64,000 nucleotides of DNA from Dehalococcoidia bacterium (GTDB lineage Bacteria > Chloroflexota > Dehalococcoidia > Lucifugimonadales > UBA2985). Positions 17,830 to 27,670 of this stretch are shown piece by piece (the stretch's first letter is position 1; each line of letters begins with the position of its first letter). The stretch lies in assembly GCA_965218945.1 (NCBI GenBank), contig OZ244718.1, positions 753,522 through 817,521 on the forward strand. The letters are read 5' to 3'. A model generated the notes under the pieces. The model made no database searches. It was not told the origin of the DNA and saw nothing but the letters and a program-made list of their open reading frames with translations. The translations under genes were made by a program, and so were the position numbers.

Positions 17830-18513
17830 ATGGAGAGAGTGCTTGTGGTAGACGATGAGCCAACCGTCACGGAGGTGGTGGAGCGGTACTTGAGCCTGGA
17901 GGGGTACGACGTGTCCCTGGCAGCCAACGGACATGATGCGCTGAGGCTGACCCAGGAGTGGGCGCCCGACCTGGTGGTCCTGGACCTGATGCTGCCCGGT
18001 GTGGACGGCCTGGAGGTGTGCCGGCAGATTCGCAGGGATAGCCAGGTCCCCATCATCATGCTGACCGCCAAGGGGGACGAGACCGACCGGATTGTGGGGC
18101 TGGAACTGGGCGCCGACGACTACGTGACCAAGCCCTTCAGTCCCCGGGAGCTTGTGGCGCGAGTCAAGACCGTTCTGAGACGGATATCCTCCGGACCGAC
18201 CCAGACGACGGGCGGGACGCTGCGCTTCGATCAGCTTACCGTCAATCCGCAGACCCGCGTGGTGACAATCAAGGCAGGTGACGTGTCGCTGACTGGCAAG
18301 GAGTTCGACCTCCTATTCTTCCTGGCTTCAAACCCGGGGCAGGTGTTCACTCGCGAGCAGCTGATGGACAAGGTGTGGGACTACTCATACGCCGGGGACT
18401 CCAGCACCGTCACCGTCCACATCCGGCGTTTGAGGGAGAAGGTGGAGGCGGAGCCGGTGAAGCCGAGATACATCAAGACAGTCTGGGGTATAGGATACAA
18501 GTTCGAGGAGTGA
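17830..18513 (+). CDS. OmpR-family two-component response regulator
   Basis: ATG at 17827/17830 after aaGGGAGGgA. Receiver domain VLVVDDEP...DLVVLDLMLPGVDG...TAKG; winged-helix output LTGKEFDLLFFLASNPGQVFTREQL...IKTVWGIGYKF. Confidence 0.9.
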   Translation: MERVLVVDDEPTVTEVVERYLSLEGYDVSLAANGHDALRLTQEWAPDLVVLDLMLPGVDGLEVCRQIRRDSQVPIIMLTAKGDETDRIVGLELGADDYVTKPFSPRELVARVKTVLRRISSGPTQTTGGTLRFDQLTVNPQTRVVTIKAGDVSLTGKEFDLLFFLASNPGQVFTREQLMDKVWDYSYAGDSSTVTVHIRRLREKVEAEPVKPRYIKTVWGIGYKFEE

Positions 18514-19778
18514 TGCGCATGGCCGGAGTATCGCGGAGCGTGGCTCTGGCAGCGGCCACGCTCCTTGGCATGACAACCCTGGTTGTACTGCTTACCGTCG
18601 TGTTGCTGAGTCCTCCGCTGAAGGACCTGGTAGCTATTGCTTCGTTTCTCCTGCTATCCGGAGGCGCAACCGTGTTCCTTGGGCTGGTTGCGCCCAGGCT
18701 GCCGTCGCCGCCCTGGCTTGGCTCGCTGCGCTCCAAGTTCTTTTTCGTATCGGTGGTCACCGCCATCCTGGCCCTGGTCAACGTGGGCTTCACGGCCGTG
18801 CTCATGTTCCTGTCGGGCCACGACCTCGCCCTTCTTGCGGGACTTCTCGGATTCTCCGTGGGGATTGCGATCTTCGTCGCCTTCGCCCTCTCCGAGCAGA
18901 CCTCCCGCTCCATACGTGAGCTTGTGGACGGCGTCCGTCGCATGAGCGCCGGAAGGCTGGACTCGCGGGTGTCCATCCAGACCAACGACGAAGTTGGAGA
19001 GCTGGCCTCTGCCTTCAACACAATGACGGACAGATTGAGGAGCAGTTTTAGCCGGGAGCGGGAGCTTGAGCAGGCGCGCAGGGAGCTTGTCTCTGCCGTC
19101 TCCCACGACCTGCGGACGCCCCTGGCGTCCATCAGGGTGATGCTGGAGAGCATAAACGACGGCGTCGTCAGCGATCCAGCCACGGTGGGACGATACATAC
19201 GCACGTCTCTGACGGAGGTTGAGAACCTGAGCCAGCTGGTCAACGACTTGTTCGAGCTCTCCCAGATAGACGCCGGAGTCCTGGAGCTGCACATGGAGGC
19301 TGCGTCTCTACAGGATCTTATCTCGGACACGCTGGAGAGCATGTCCGCACAGGCCGCGGTGCATAACCTGAGCTTGAAGGGGAGCCTGGACGGGGAGATC
19401 ACGCCCGTTGTTATGGACACCAGGAGAGTCCAGCGCGTGCTCTACAACCTGGTGCAGAACTCCATCCGGCACACGCCGCCCGACGGCACCATTCAGATAC
19501 GAGCCAGGGATGTCGGCGCGGAGGTGCAGGTGGAGGTCGCCGACACGGGCGAAGGCATACAGGAGGAGGACCTGTCCCGCCTGTTCGAATGGTCGTATCG
19601 GACGGACCGTTCGCGCTCACGGGAGTCGGGCGGCGCGGGCCTGGGACTGAGCATAGCAAGGGGGATAGTTGAGGCGCACGGCGGGCGCATCTGGGTCGAG
19701 AGCGTGGTTGGGCAGGGGAGCACCTTCAGCTTTACGCTGCCGAAGGCGCAGGCGAGCGGCGCGGCGGCCGGAGGGTAG
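18513..19778 (+). CDS. Sensor histidine kinase (2 TM, HAMP, HisKA, HATPase_c)
   Basis: The ATG overlaps the regulator stop (TGATG at 18511-18515). H-box SAVSHDLRTPL, N-box LYNLVQNSIRHTP, G-boxes DTGEGI and GGAGLGLSIA. Confidence 0.9.
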   Translation: MRMAGVSRSVALAAATLLGMTTLVVLLTVVLLSPPLKDLVAIASFLLLSGGATVFLGLVAPRLPSPPWLGSLRSKFFFVSVVTAILALVNVGFTAVLMFLSGHDLALLAGLLGFSVGIAIFVAFALSEQTSRSIRELVDGVRRMSAGRLDSRVSIQTNDEVGELASAFNTMTDRLRSSFSRERELEQARRELVSAVSHDLRTPLASIRVMLESINDGVVSDPATVGRYIRTSLTEVENLSQLVNDLFELSQIDAGVLELHMEAASLQDLISDTLESMSAQAAVHNLSLKGSLDGEITPVVMDTRRVQRVLYNLVQNSIRHTPPDGTIQIRARDVGAEVQVEVADTGEGIQEEDLSRLFEWSYRTDRSRSRESGGAGLGLSIARGIVEAHGGRIWVESVVGQGSTFSFTLPKAQASGAAAGG

Positions 19779-19835
19779 GGAGGTAGAGGTTTCTCGCGTA
19801 GCGCATTAAGTCGTCCCGGAAGAAGTACATCTACT

Positions 19836-19941
19836 GTCATTCCGAACGGAGCGCAGCGAAGTGAGGAATCCAAAGCCTTATCTGTAAGTCCAATGCTGTT
19901 CTGGACGAAGCTCTTAGATTCCTCGCTTCGCTCGGAATGAC
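19836..19941. repeat. REP/MITE-like imperfect palindromic element between convergent genes
   Basis: Arms gtcattccgaacggagcgcagcgaagtgaggaatc (19836-19870) and gattcctcgcttcgctcggaatgac (19917-19941). The GTCATTCCGAGCGAAGCGAGGAATC-type motif recurs as an intergenic repeat in many bacterial genomes. Confidence 0.6.
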
Positions 19942-20020
19942 ATTCAACGTAGCCTCGGATAAGTTTGGACAAACTTCCTTGTGGGGAAAGGCGCCTAAGT
20001 GCCCACACTGAGTACCGTAC

Positions 20021-21847
20021 TCAGTAGTCTCCGGGAACTGGGACATCCGCCGGCGATTCCTGGTCCTGGAACTGGGCTTGGTACAGCCGGGTGTAGAGGC
20101 CGTTCAGGCCCAGAAGTTCCCGATGGCTGCCGCGCTCCACTATCCTGCCGTGGTCCATCACCAGTATCTGGTCCGCGTTCAGGACTGTGGACAGGCGATG
20201 GGCGATCACCAGCGCCGTCCGCTCACTCAGCAAAGGCTCCAACGCCTGCTGTATTAGGCGCTCTGATATGGAGTCCAGGGATGACGTGGCCTCGTCCAGG
20301 ACGATGAGCCTGGGGTCTTCCAGTATCACCCTTGCGATGGCCAGCCGCTGCCTCTCGCCGCCGGACAGCCGGTAGCCCCGCTCTCCCACAATAGTGTCGT
20401 ATCCCCAGGGCATGTTCTCTATTGCATCGTAGAGTTGGGCGTCCCGGCAAGCCCTCTCAATCTCCTCCTGAGTGGCGTCCGGGCGTGCGTAGAGGAGGTT
20501 GTGGCTCATGGAGTCGTGGTATACGAAGGTGTCCTGGGTCACCACACCAACCTGCCTTCTCAGGGACACCAGTGTCGTGTGACTGATGTCCTGGCCGTCG
20601 ATGAGGATGCGCCCGGCGATAGGGTCGTAGAAGCGGGGCAGGAGATAGGTCAGGGTGGTCTTCCCGGCGCCGCTCGGCCCCACAAGGGCGAAGGTCTGGC
20701 CGGGCTCCATAGTGAAGGAGACATCCTCCAGAACCGGGTGTCCCTCACGGTAGTGGAACGACACGTCCTGAAATTCGACGCGACCCCTCACGCGCGGGAG
20801 CGGGTGGGCGTCCGGGGAGTCGTCTATTTCCGGTGACAAGTCCAGGTACTGGAAGATCCGCTCGAAGAGCGCAACGGAGGCGGTGATATCCACGTGGACG
20901 CTGGCAAGGGACGACGCCGGCCCGTAGAGCCTGCTCAGGTAGGCCACGAAGGCCACCACAGTCCCGACCGTCATGGCGTCACTCAGCACCAGCCATCCGC
21001 CCATCCAGTACACCAGGGCGGGACCCAGTGTGCCGAATAGGCCCATTATCATAAAGTACCACCGGCCCACAAGGGCCTGGCGGATCTGCAGCCGCATGAC
21101 CTCTCCGTTCTTCTCCCTGAACCGCTCCCTCTCGGCTCGCTCCTGTCCGAACACTTTCATAAGAATGTATCCGCCCACGCTAAGGGTCTCCTGGAGAATG
21201 TGAGTCAGGTCGGCGCGCTGTTGTTGGGTATCCCTGGTCAGTTCCTGTCGGATGCGGCCTACCCTGCGGGTGGGCACAATGAAGAGTGGCAGTATGAAGA
21301 CGGATATGAGGGCCAGGGGCCAGCTCAGGTAGAAGATCATGGCCAGGGTAGTGGCCAGGATTACGACGTTGGACACGATGCTGACCATAGTGCCAGTCAC
21401 CACGTTCTGTATGCCGGCCACGTCGCTGTTGAGGCGTGAGACGGTCTCCCCGGATCGCACGCCTATGAAGAAGCCCAGGTGCAGGCTCTGGAGATGCTGA
21501 TACAGGTGGTTTCGCATATCGTACATGACACCCTGGCCTATCAGGTTGCTCAGGTAGTTCTGGGCCACGCCGATGAAGCCGGAGAGGAGGGCGGCTAGCA
21601 CCATTCCAAGGGACAGCACGCTCAGCAATGTCATGTCCTTGTCGGGGATGGCCTGGTCTATCAGTGTGCGAATGAGAAGGGGAGGGATCAGTCCCAGGAC
21701 GGCCGAGGCTGCAATGCAGAGCAGTATGTAGATCGACCTGGCCTTGTACGGAACGAAGTAAGCGAGGACTCGCCGCACACTGACTATTGTGATGGGAGCA
21801 GTCGGCAGCGAAGAGTCTCTGTTGCGGAAGCCTCTATGACCTTCCAT
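20021..21847 (-). CDS. ABC exporter, fused permease/ATPase half-transporter (MsbA-like)
   Basis: 608-aa ORF. Six-TM N-terminal domain, then Walker A GPSGAGKTT, signature LSGGERQRLAIAR, Walker B LIVLDEATSSLD and H-loop IAHRLS. Confidence 0.9.
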   Translation of the reverse strand: MEGHRGFRNRDSSLPTAPITIVSVRRVLAYFVPYKARSIYILLCIAASAVLGLIPPLLIRTLIDQAIPDKDMTLLSVLSLGMVLAALLSGFIGVAQNYLSNLIGQGVMYDMRNHLYQHLQSLHLGFFIGVRSGETVSRLNSDVAGIQNVVTGTMVSIVSNVVILATTLAMIFYLSWPLALISVFILPLFIVPTRRVGRIRQELTRDTQQQRADLTHILQETLSVGGYILMKVFGQERAERERFREKNGEVMRLQIRQALVGRWYFMIMGLFGTLGPALVYWMGGWLVLSDAMTVGTVVAFVAYLSRLYGPASSLASVHVDITASVALFERIFQYLDLSPEIDDSPDAHPLPRVRGRVEFQDVSFHYREGHPVLEDVSFTMEPGQTFALVGPSGAGKTTLTYLLPRFYDPIAGRILIDGQDISHTTLVSLRRQVGVVTQDTFVYHDSMSHNLLYARPDATQEEIERACRDAQLYDAIENMPWGYDTIVGERGYRLSGGERQRLAIARVILEDPRLIVLDEATSSLDSISERLIQQALEPLLSERTALVIAHRLSTVLNADQILVMDHGRIVERGSHRELLGLNGLYTRLYQAQFQDQESPADVPVPGDY

Positions 21848-21874
21848 ATATCCGAGCCATCCTCTCTTGGCAGC

Positions 21875-23122
21875 CTACAGCCTTCTGAACCTGGGAAATA
21901 GCACCAGGCTCCCCGCTGCAAGGACGAGTAGTCCGATTCCGTGAGTCGCCAGCGCAAATGTCACCCCGAATGTGGCGGCCAGCGCTCCTACTTGCAGGTG
22001 CCCCAGCGGCCCCATACCCACGGCCAGTGTCCATGACCCCATTGCGCGCCCCCTGAACTCGTTGGGAACCACGCTCTGGACAAGGCTCTGGGAAAGGATG
22101 TCCGACAGCGCACCCATGCCGTTGACCAGGGTGATTCCCAGAATAGCCATGTAGAAGGTGGTTGCAAAGCCCAGGAAGACCAGGGAGATTCCGAATAGGT
22201 GCAGCACAATCAGATACAGAAGTCCCTTGCGCCGCACATCTCCCATCGCGGACAGCAGCAGTATCGCCAAAATGCCCCCAATGGATCGCAGGGCGTTCAT
22301 CACACCCAGACCCTCCGCGCCTACCTGGAGAATGTCCTTGGCCAGTGTCGGCATCAGCACCTGGTGTGAGAATCCCAGTATCTCCGCCATAGCGGACAGG
22401 GCCACCAGCATTTGCAGGGAGCGGTTGTGGCGCAGCTCGCTCAAGGACCCCTTGAGGATCTGCCACACCGGCTCCCGCTCTATCGGTGCAGCCTGTCCGC
22501 GCTCCCGGATGAACTGGATGGTGATGGCGGAGAGCACGTAGCCAACGGCAATGGCGACGCAGGCGGCGTCTGCGCCCAGTCGCGCCATCAGGGATCCCGC
22601 CGACAGAGACCCGGCGATTGCTCCCACACGCATACCCATCGACATGAGCGCCAGGCCGTTGATGACGTTGCCACCTCCCACAATGTCGTAGGCCAGGCTC
22701 TGGCGCGCAGGCTGGTTCACGGCCCGCAGGCAGCCGCCTGCAAAGCCGAAAGCCGCCAGATGCCAGACAACCACTATGTCCCACATGATGAGCAGACCAA
22801 GCCCCGCGCTCAGGGCTGCCATGCCAATGTTCACAGTCCCCACCAGCCTGCGCCGATCGAATCTGTCGGCTACTGCTCCTGCCGGCAAGCCCAGCAGAAA
22901 GAAGGGAACCATCCTCAGCCCTAGCACCACTCCCACTATGAAGGTGTCCTCCGTCAGGACCTGGGTTACCCACCCCAGCACCACCATTTCCCCCACGAAC
23001 CCCCAGCTGCTGAAGGCCGTGGAGAGCCACAGCAGCCTGAACCCCCGGTATCGCAGGGCCGGCGTGCTGAGCATATTTGAGAGGGCGGACCTGGCGCCGG
23101 AAACGGAGGTTTGTTCAGCCAT
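21875..23122 (-). CDS. MFS transporter (MFS_3/DHA3-like), paralog 1 of 4
   Basis: 415-aa polytopic ORF. N-terminal FRLLWLSTAFSSWG...AGAVADRFDRRRL motif is shared with the three upstream paralogs. Confidence 0.8.
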   Translation of the reverse strand: MAEQTSVSGARSALSNMLSTPALRYRGFRLLWLSTAFSSWGFVGEMVVLGWVTQVLTEDTFIVGVVLGLRMVPFFLLGLPAGAVADRFDRRRLVGTVNIGMAALSAGLGLLIMWDIVVVWHLAAFGFAGGCLRAVNQPARQSLAYDIVGGGNVINGLALMSMGMRVGAIAGSLSAGSLMARLGADAACVAIAVGYVLSAITIQFIRERGQAAPIEREPVWQILKGSLSELRHNRSLQMLVALSAMAEILGFSHQVLMPTLAKDILQVGAEGLGVMNALRSIGGILAILLLSAMGDVRRKGLLYLIVLHLFGISLVFLGFATTFYMAILGITLVNGMGALSDILSQSLVQSVVPNEFRGRAMGSWTLAVGMGPLGHLQVGALAATFGVTFALATHGIGLLVLAAGSLVLFPRFRRL

Positions 23123-23248
23123 TTATCATCTCAGAGCGCGTAGACGTTGGCACAGATGATAGCACTTCCGAGAAGAGGGCGTCATTGCGGACGCAGTTGT
23201 TGGCGCTGCCGGCAGGGTTTGAGTCCGGGGATGTGGGGCGGTCAGGGA

Positions 23249-24616
23249 TCAGTCGATCTTTCGCACAGCGGGAAGGATTATGCCGACCAATATGGCTCCA
23301 CCGGCGCAGAGCACGCCGTAGACTGCCAGCGCAATGGGGCCGCCCATCAGGGAGATTGCGAATCCGCCGGCGCCGCTGCCCAGGGTGCTGAACCCGCGGT
23401 CCAGAGTCATCAGGCTCATAATGCGGCCCCGCAGCTCGTTGGGGGTTATCTCCATGAGAACCCCCGTCCTCAGAGTCATCATGGCGGTCTGGCCCACGCC
23501 GACTATGATGATCATTATGATGGGCAGCACGGGAAGCGTAAGTCCCAGTATCGCCACCAGGGGCAGAACGGAGGTGAGACCCAGGCCCGCAAGGGCCAGG
23601 CCGTACATGGCAAGGCCGCCAACAATAAGCAGCCCCCTGTTTCGCAGCCTGGATCCCATAGTAGCGAGGCCCAGCGCGCCCGCAAGAGACCCAACACCGG
23701 ATATCGCCAGAAGCATTCCCACACCCTCGGCCCCTATGTCCATCACCTTTAGGGCGAGCCAGGGCACGAACACTTGGAGGTATGGCATACCGAATAGGGA
23801 CTGGACCGCAAAGAGGACCAGCAGGCCAAAGATGACGGGGCTATCCTTGGCGTATCTGAACCCGTGTATCAGACCGGCCAACCACGTGTCTCTCGCCTGC
23901 TCCACCCTCCCTTCAATTGGCACCCTGATCATGAACGTGGCGGCCACTGCTACCACGTACGCCACAGCCGTTATCAGGTACACTCCGCCGAAGCTGCGGG
24001 CGTCGTCCACCCCGTAATCGAAGATTATGGCCCAAGACGCGATGAGCAGGCCGGCGACTGAGGCGCTGAGGATGCGCACAATCTGCATACTTCCAGTGTT
24101 CAGGGCAATGCCGTTCAGAAGCAGACCGGGAGGGACCAGGCTGGGGAGCAGGGCCTGGCGCGCCGGGCCGTCGAAGGCCATGAGGAGGCTGCGCAGGATG
24201 GCCGTTGCGTAGATGTGCCATAGCTCCAGGTTGCCTGTGACTATGATAACGGCAAACAGTGTGTTCACGCCCATGCTCAAACTCTTTGAGAAAAGCATGA
24301 CCACCCTGCGGTCGAATCTGTCGGACACCAGGCCGCCGATGGGTCCCAGGAACATCATTGGGACGCCCCGGGCCAGGGATATCAGTCCAAGCTGGACCTC
24401 GGAGCCGGTGATGGCAACCACGAGCACGGGCCGGGCCACCAGGTCCATCCACAAAGCCAGTGAGTTGCTTATCTGGCCTATGAAGAGCAGAAGGTAGTTC
24501 TTGTAGGCAAGGGAGTGGAAGGTAGGTGGAAGCCAATTGGGTGGGTCTTTCCACTCTACCTCCGGTGCGCCTTCGCCGGACGCCGGGTCCGGTCTCTGAG
24601 AGCCTGTCCCTATCAT
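23249..24616 (-). CDS. MFS transporter (MFS_3/DHA3-like), paralog 2 of 4
   Basis: 455-aa polytopic ORF with YKNYLLLFIGQISNSLALWMD...GGLVSDRFDRRVVM. Confidence 0.8.
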   Translation of the reverse strand: MIGTGSQRPDPASGEGAPEVEWKDPPNWLPPTFHSLAYKNYLLLFIGQISNSLALWMDLVARPVLVVAITGSEVQLGLISLARGVPMMFLGPIGGLVSDRFDRRVVMLFSKSLSMGVNTLFAVIIVTGNLELWHIYATAILRSLLMAFDGPARQALLPSLVPPGLLLNGIALNTGSMQIVRILSASVAGLLIASWAIIFDYGVDDARSFGGVYLITAVAYVVAVAATFMIRVPIEGRVEQARDTWLAGLIHGFRYAKDSPVIFGLLVLFAVQSLFGMPYLQVFVPWLALKVMDIGAEGVGMLLAISGVGSLAGALGLATMGSRLRNRGLLIVGGLAMYGLALAGLGLTSVLPLVAILGLTLPVLPIIMIIIVGVGQTAMMTLRTGVLMEITPNELRGRIMSLMTLDRGFSTLGSGAGGFAISLMGGPIALAVYGVLCAGGAILVGIILPAVRKID

Positions 24617-24652
24617 TGGTCGCCTGCCTTAAGCTATATCCTTCAAACCTCT

Positions 24653-26137
24653 CTAGTCTATGCGGCGAAGCGGCGGGTAGAAGCTGAACATAGCCATAGC
24701 GGTGATGACCAGCCCCACGCCAAAGAGTATCTGTGCCATCTGAGGGCCCAGGCCTGCGGCCATGAAGCCGGCCGCGGCTCCTCCGGCGGTCGTCATGGCC
24801 CTGTCCAGGGACAGCACGCCAAGGACGCGCCCCCGCATGGTTTCGTGGGCCTTCTCCACCAGCACGGCGTTAATGAGCGGGAAGAAGCCAGACTGCCCAA
24901 CGCCAAGGAACAGAAGGACGAGAAGGGCCAGCGGCACTGATTGGACGTAGGTAGATGCTGAGAATGTGATGAGGAGAAGGCCGAATGCAAAGAGCAGGGC
25001 AAGCATTATCAGCCCTCGATGCTTTGTCGGGTTGGTCTTTGCCAGCACCAGCGCGCCTATGGTGCTGCCCACGGCCGCCACAGACAGCATAGCGCCAAAC
25101 AGCCGCGATCCCTTTGCCCCTTCCTCCACGCCTTCGCCTCCACTTCCGGCAATCAAGCGCACGAAGCCGTCAAGGAAGCCCGTGCCTTCGGCGTCTACCT
25201 TAAGGACGTCCACCGCAAAGAGCGGGGCGAAAACCTGCATGAACGCCATACCAAATGTGAACCATCCCAATGAGATGATAAGGATGCCTCTTATGTCCGG
25301 GACTCTCCAGGCGTATTTCAGGCCTTCCATGAAGTCGTTGCCCATGCTTTTTACACCCTGGTAGCCGGAGCGCTCGTGGTCTGCGGGCCTCAGCATCCAG
25401 GTGAAGAAGATGGCTAACACGTAGATCCCGGTCATTACGGCGTATGTGACTCCGAACCCCGACGTGGCAACCAGGATGCCGGCCGCCGCCGCTCCCGCAA
25501 TGCGCATTGCGGTCATGCTCCCGGTGCTGAGGGCCATTGCATTAGTTATCAGATTCGCGGGGACAATAGTGGGGATCATGGCCCGGCGTGCGGGCTGGTC
25601 AAAGGCCATAGTCATGCCCCTTAGGATGTTGTAAGCATAGATATGCCATAGCTCAATCCACCCCACTATGATCAGCGCGGTGAACAAAATGCTCAGGCCG
25701 AATACGATTACCTTGGTGATAAGGAGTACTAATCGCCGGTTGAAGTTATCGGCTATTACTCCGGCCAGCAGGCCAAACACGACTGCAGGGAGGGTTCGAG
25801 CCACGAGAACCATCCCAATGTCGATAGCTGACCCGCCCAGGGCCAGGATGAACAGTGGCTTGGCTAACTGGTCTATCCACAGGGCAAACGCGTGGGTAAT
25901 CTGCCCAAGCCAGAGGAAGGTGAAGTCTCTATACTGCAGGGAGGCGAATGTGCCGCCGATCAGGCCACCGCCGGAGCCCCTGCCTCCCGTAGACGCCGGA
26001 GTCGGCGGTCCTTTGCCCCTGTCCGGGGGCTCGTCTGCCACCGTCGGGGGCCTGCCGCCAATCCGGTTCCCGTTGCCATTGACGGATGGTTTGACGTTCT
26101 CCAGCTCAGGGTCGTCGCTTCTTGGTCTTCGCTGCAT
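24653..26137 (-). CDS. MFS transporter (MFS_3/DHA3-like), paralog 3 of 4
   Basis: 494-aa polytopic ORF with YRDFTFLWLGQITHAFALWID...AGVIADNFNRRLVL. Has a Pro/Gly-rich N-terminal tail and an inserted loop DAEGTGFLDGFVRLIAGSGGEGVEEGAKG. Confidence 0.8.
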   Translation of the reverse strand: MQRRPRSDDPELENVKPSVNGNGNRIGGRPPTVADEPPDRGKGPPTPASTGGRGSGGGLIGGTFASLQYRDFTFLWLGQITHAFALWIDQLAKPLFILALGGSAIDIGMVLVARTLPAVVFGLLAGVIADNFNRRLVLLITKVIVFGLSILFTALIIVGWIELWHIYAYNILRGMTMAFDQPARRAMIPTIVPANLITNAMALSTGSMTAMRIAGAAAAGILVATSGFGVTYAVMTGIYVLAIFFTWMLRPADHERSGYQGVKSMGNDFMEGLKYAWRVPDIRGILIISLGWFTFGMAFMQVFAPLFAVDVLKVDAEGTGFLDGFVRLIAGSGGEGVEEGAKGSRLFGAMLSVAAVGSTIGALVLAKTNPTKHRGLIMLALLFAFGLLLITFSASTYVQSVPLALLVLLFLGVGQSGFFPLINAVLVEKAHETMRGRVLGVLSLDRAMTTAGGAAAGFMAAGLGPQMAQILFGVGLVITAMAMFSFYPPLRRID

Positions 26138-26156
26138 CGTTAGACGCCTTGCCGAC

Positions 26157-27590
26157 CTAGTCCAGTTTCCTTATGCTGGGCATGAAGAGTATTGCGTAGA
26201 CGGAGAAGACTATCAGCAGAATGGCCAGACCGCCCACTGCCCATTGCACGCCTATCACGTCGGTCATAATCCCAGCGAAGACGACGCCAAAGCTGGTCAG
26301 GCCGAACTCCATCATCATTAGGCTCATCACACGGCCCCGGTACTCGTCCTGCACGTAGTATTGCAGCAGGGTGTTGCCCAGTGTCATACGGATCGTCTGT
26401 CCAATGCCGACGAAGAAGATGAAGCCAAAGGCCAAGGGCAGACCAATGGTCGGGAACCAGGATGGGGAGAAGAACATTCCCACCAGCGCAATGGCCAGGA
26501 CAAGGCTGCCCACGATAAGCATCAGGCCGCGCTTCTTGTTGGGCAGAGAGGCCAGCACAATGGAACCGAGCATAGCTCCTATCCCTGACACCATCAGGAG
26601 TGCGCCGTAACCCCTTTCGTCTATGCCGAGAATGTCCTCGGTCAGCGCCGGCAAGAGCATCATGTAGGGCATTGATAGGAGCGTTACTACGAAGATGACA
26701 AAGAGGACCATGAGGATGACCTTCTCACCCTTGACGTACTTCAGGCCGTCGATCACGTCCTGCATTGCGCCGCGGCCCCGGAGTGACACCGTCCCGGTCT
26801 TGGGCATCAGGCTGATGAAGACGACTGCGACTATGTACATCGCGGTCATCGCCAGGTATACGGCCTCGTAGCCGTACAGGAAGATGATGAACCCCACCGG
26901 TACGGGGGCAAGGAGGCGCATGGCGTTCATTCCGAAGGTGTTGAGAGCCACGGCGTTCATCAGCTCCTCCTGCCCGACGATCTCGGCGATCATCGCCTGG
27001 CGGGATGGCATCATAAGCCCCATGATTGTGCCCTGCAGAAGGGCGGCTATTATTAGGATTAACCAGGAGCCGGGTTTGTCCTCGCTCATCAGCCCGAGGA
27101 TCAGTGTTATGGCAACTCCCAGAGAGATCACGGCAGAAGCTGCCTGCCCCACCCAGAGGACGTACTTCTTCTGGACACGGTCGGCAATGACTCCGCCGAA
27201 AAGGGAGAAGAAGAGCATGGGAGCGGCGTTTCCCAGGGCCATGAGTCCCAGGGCGGCGCCGGAGCCGGTCAGGTGGTAGATCAGCAGGGTACGCGCGACC
27301 ATCTGCATGTTCATGGCAGCCATCTGACCTACCATGGCCCCGTAGTAGAGTCTGAATACGGGATACTTGAAGGAGGTGAAAGTGCTCAGGTTCTTGAAAG
27401 AGATGGGCGCTCCGCCGCCACCCATGCCCATGCCTCCTCCGCCCATCCCCATAGGCGGCATACCACCACCGCCCATGCCGCCCCTGGCCGGGGGCGCGCC
27501 TCCCGTACGGCCGTTGCCGGCATCCAGTGCCTCGGCGACCGGGGTCTCCTCGTCCTGCTCCGTTGTCTTCTTCCTAGCAGGTCTCCACAT
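26157..27590 (-). CDS. MFS transporter (MFS_3/DHA3-like), paralog 4 of 4, with a Gly/Met-rich N-terminal tail
   Basis: 477-aa polytopic ORF with YPVFRLYYGAMVGQMAAMNM...GGVIADRVQKKYVL. N-terminal GGMGGGGMPPMGMGGGGMGMGGGG. Confidence 0.8.
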   Translation of the reverse strand: MWRPARKKTTEQDEETPVAEALDAGNGRTGGAPPARGGMGGGGMPPMGMGGGGMGMGGGGAPISFKNLSTFTSFKYPVFRLYYGAMVGQMAAMNMQMVARTLLIYHLTGSGAALGLMALGNAAPMLFFSLFGGVIADRVQKKYVLWVGQAASAVISLGVAITLILGLMSEDKPGSWLILIIAALLQGTIMGLMMPSRQAMIAEIVGQEELMNAVALNTFGMNAMRLLAPVPVGFIIFLYGYEAVYLAMTAMYIVAVVFISLMPKTGTVSLRGRGAMQDVIDGLKYVKGEKVILMVLFVIFVVTLLSMPYMMLLPALTEDILGIDERGYGALLMVSGIGAMLGSIVLASLPNKKRGLMLIVGSLVLAIALVGMFFSPSWFPTIGLPLAFGFIFFVGIGQTIRMTLGNTLLQYYVQDEYRGRVMSLMMMEFGLTSFGVVFAGIMTDVIGVQWAVGGLAILLIVFSVYAILFMPSIRKLD

Positions 27591-27670
27591 GGAAGCTCCT
27601 TAAAATGCTACCCACGTCTCGGTCAAAAAATATCGATTACTATGAATGCATTGTCCGGGGCCAGCATACC

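Noticed and set aside
20007-20025. Palindrome ACTGAGTAC-c-GTACTCAGT over the ABC exporter stop codon as a terminator
   Set aside because: A 1-nt loop is sterically impossible as drawn, and no U-tract follows on the minus-strand transcript. At most it is a weak hairpin.
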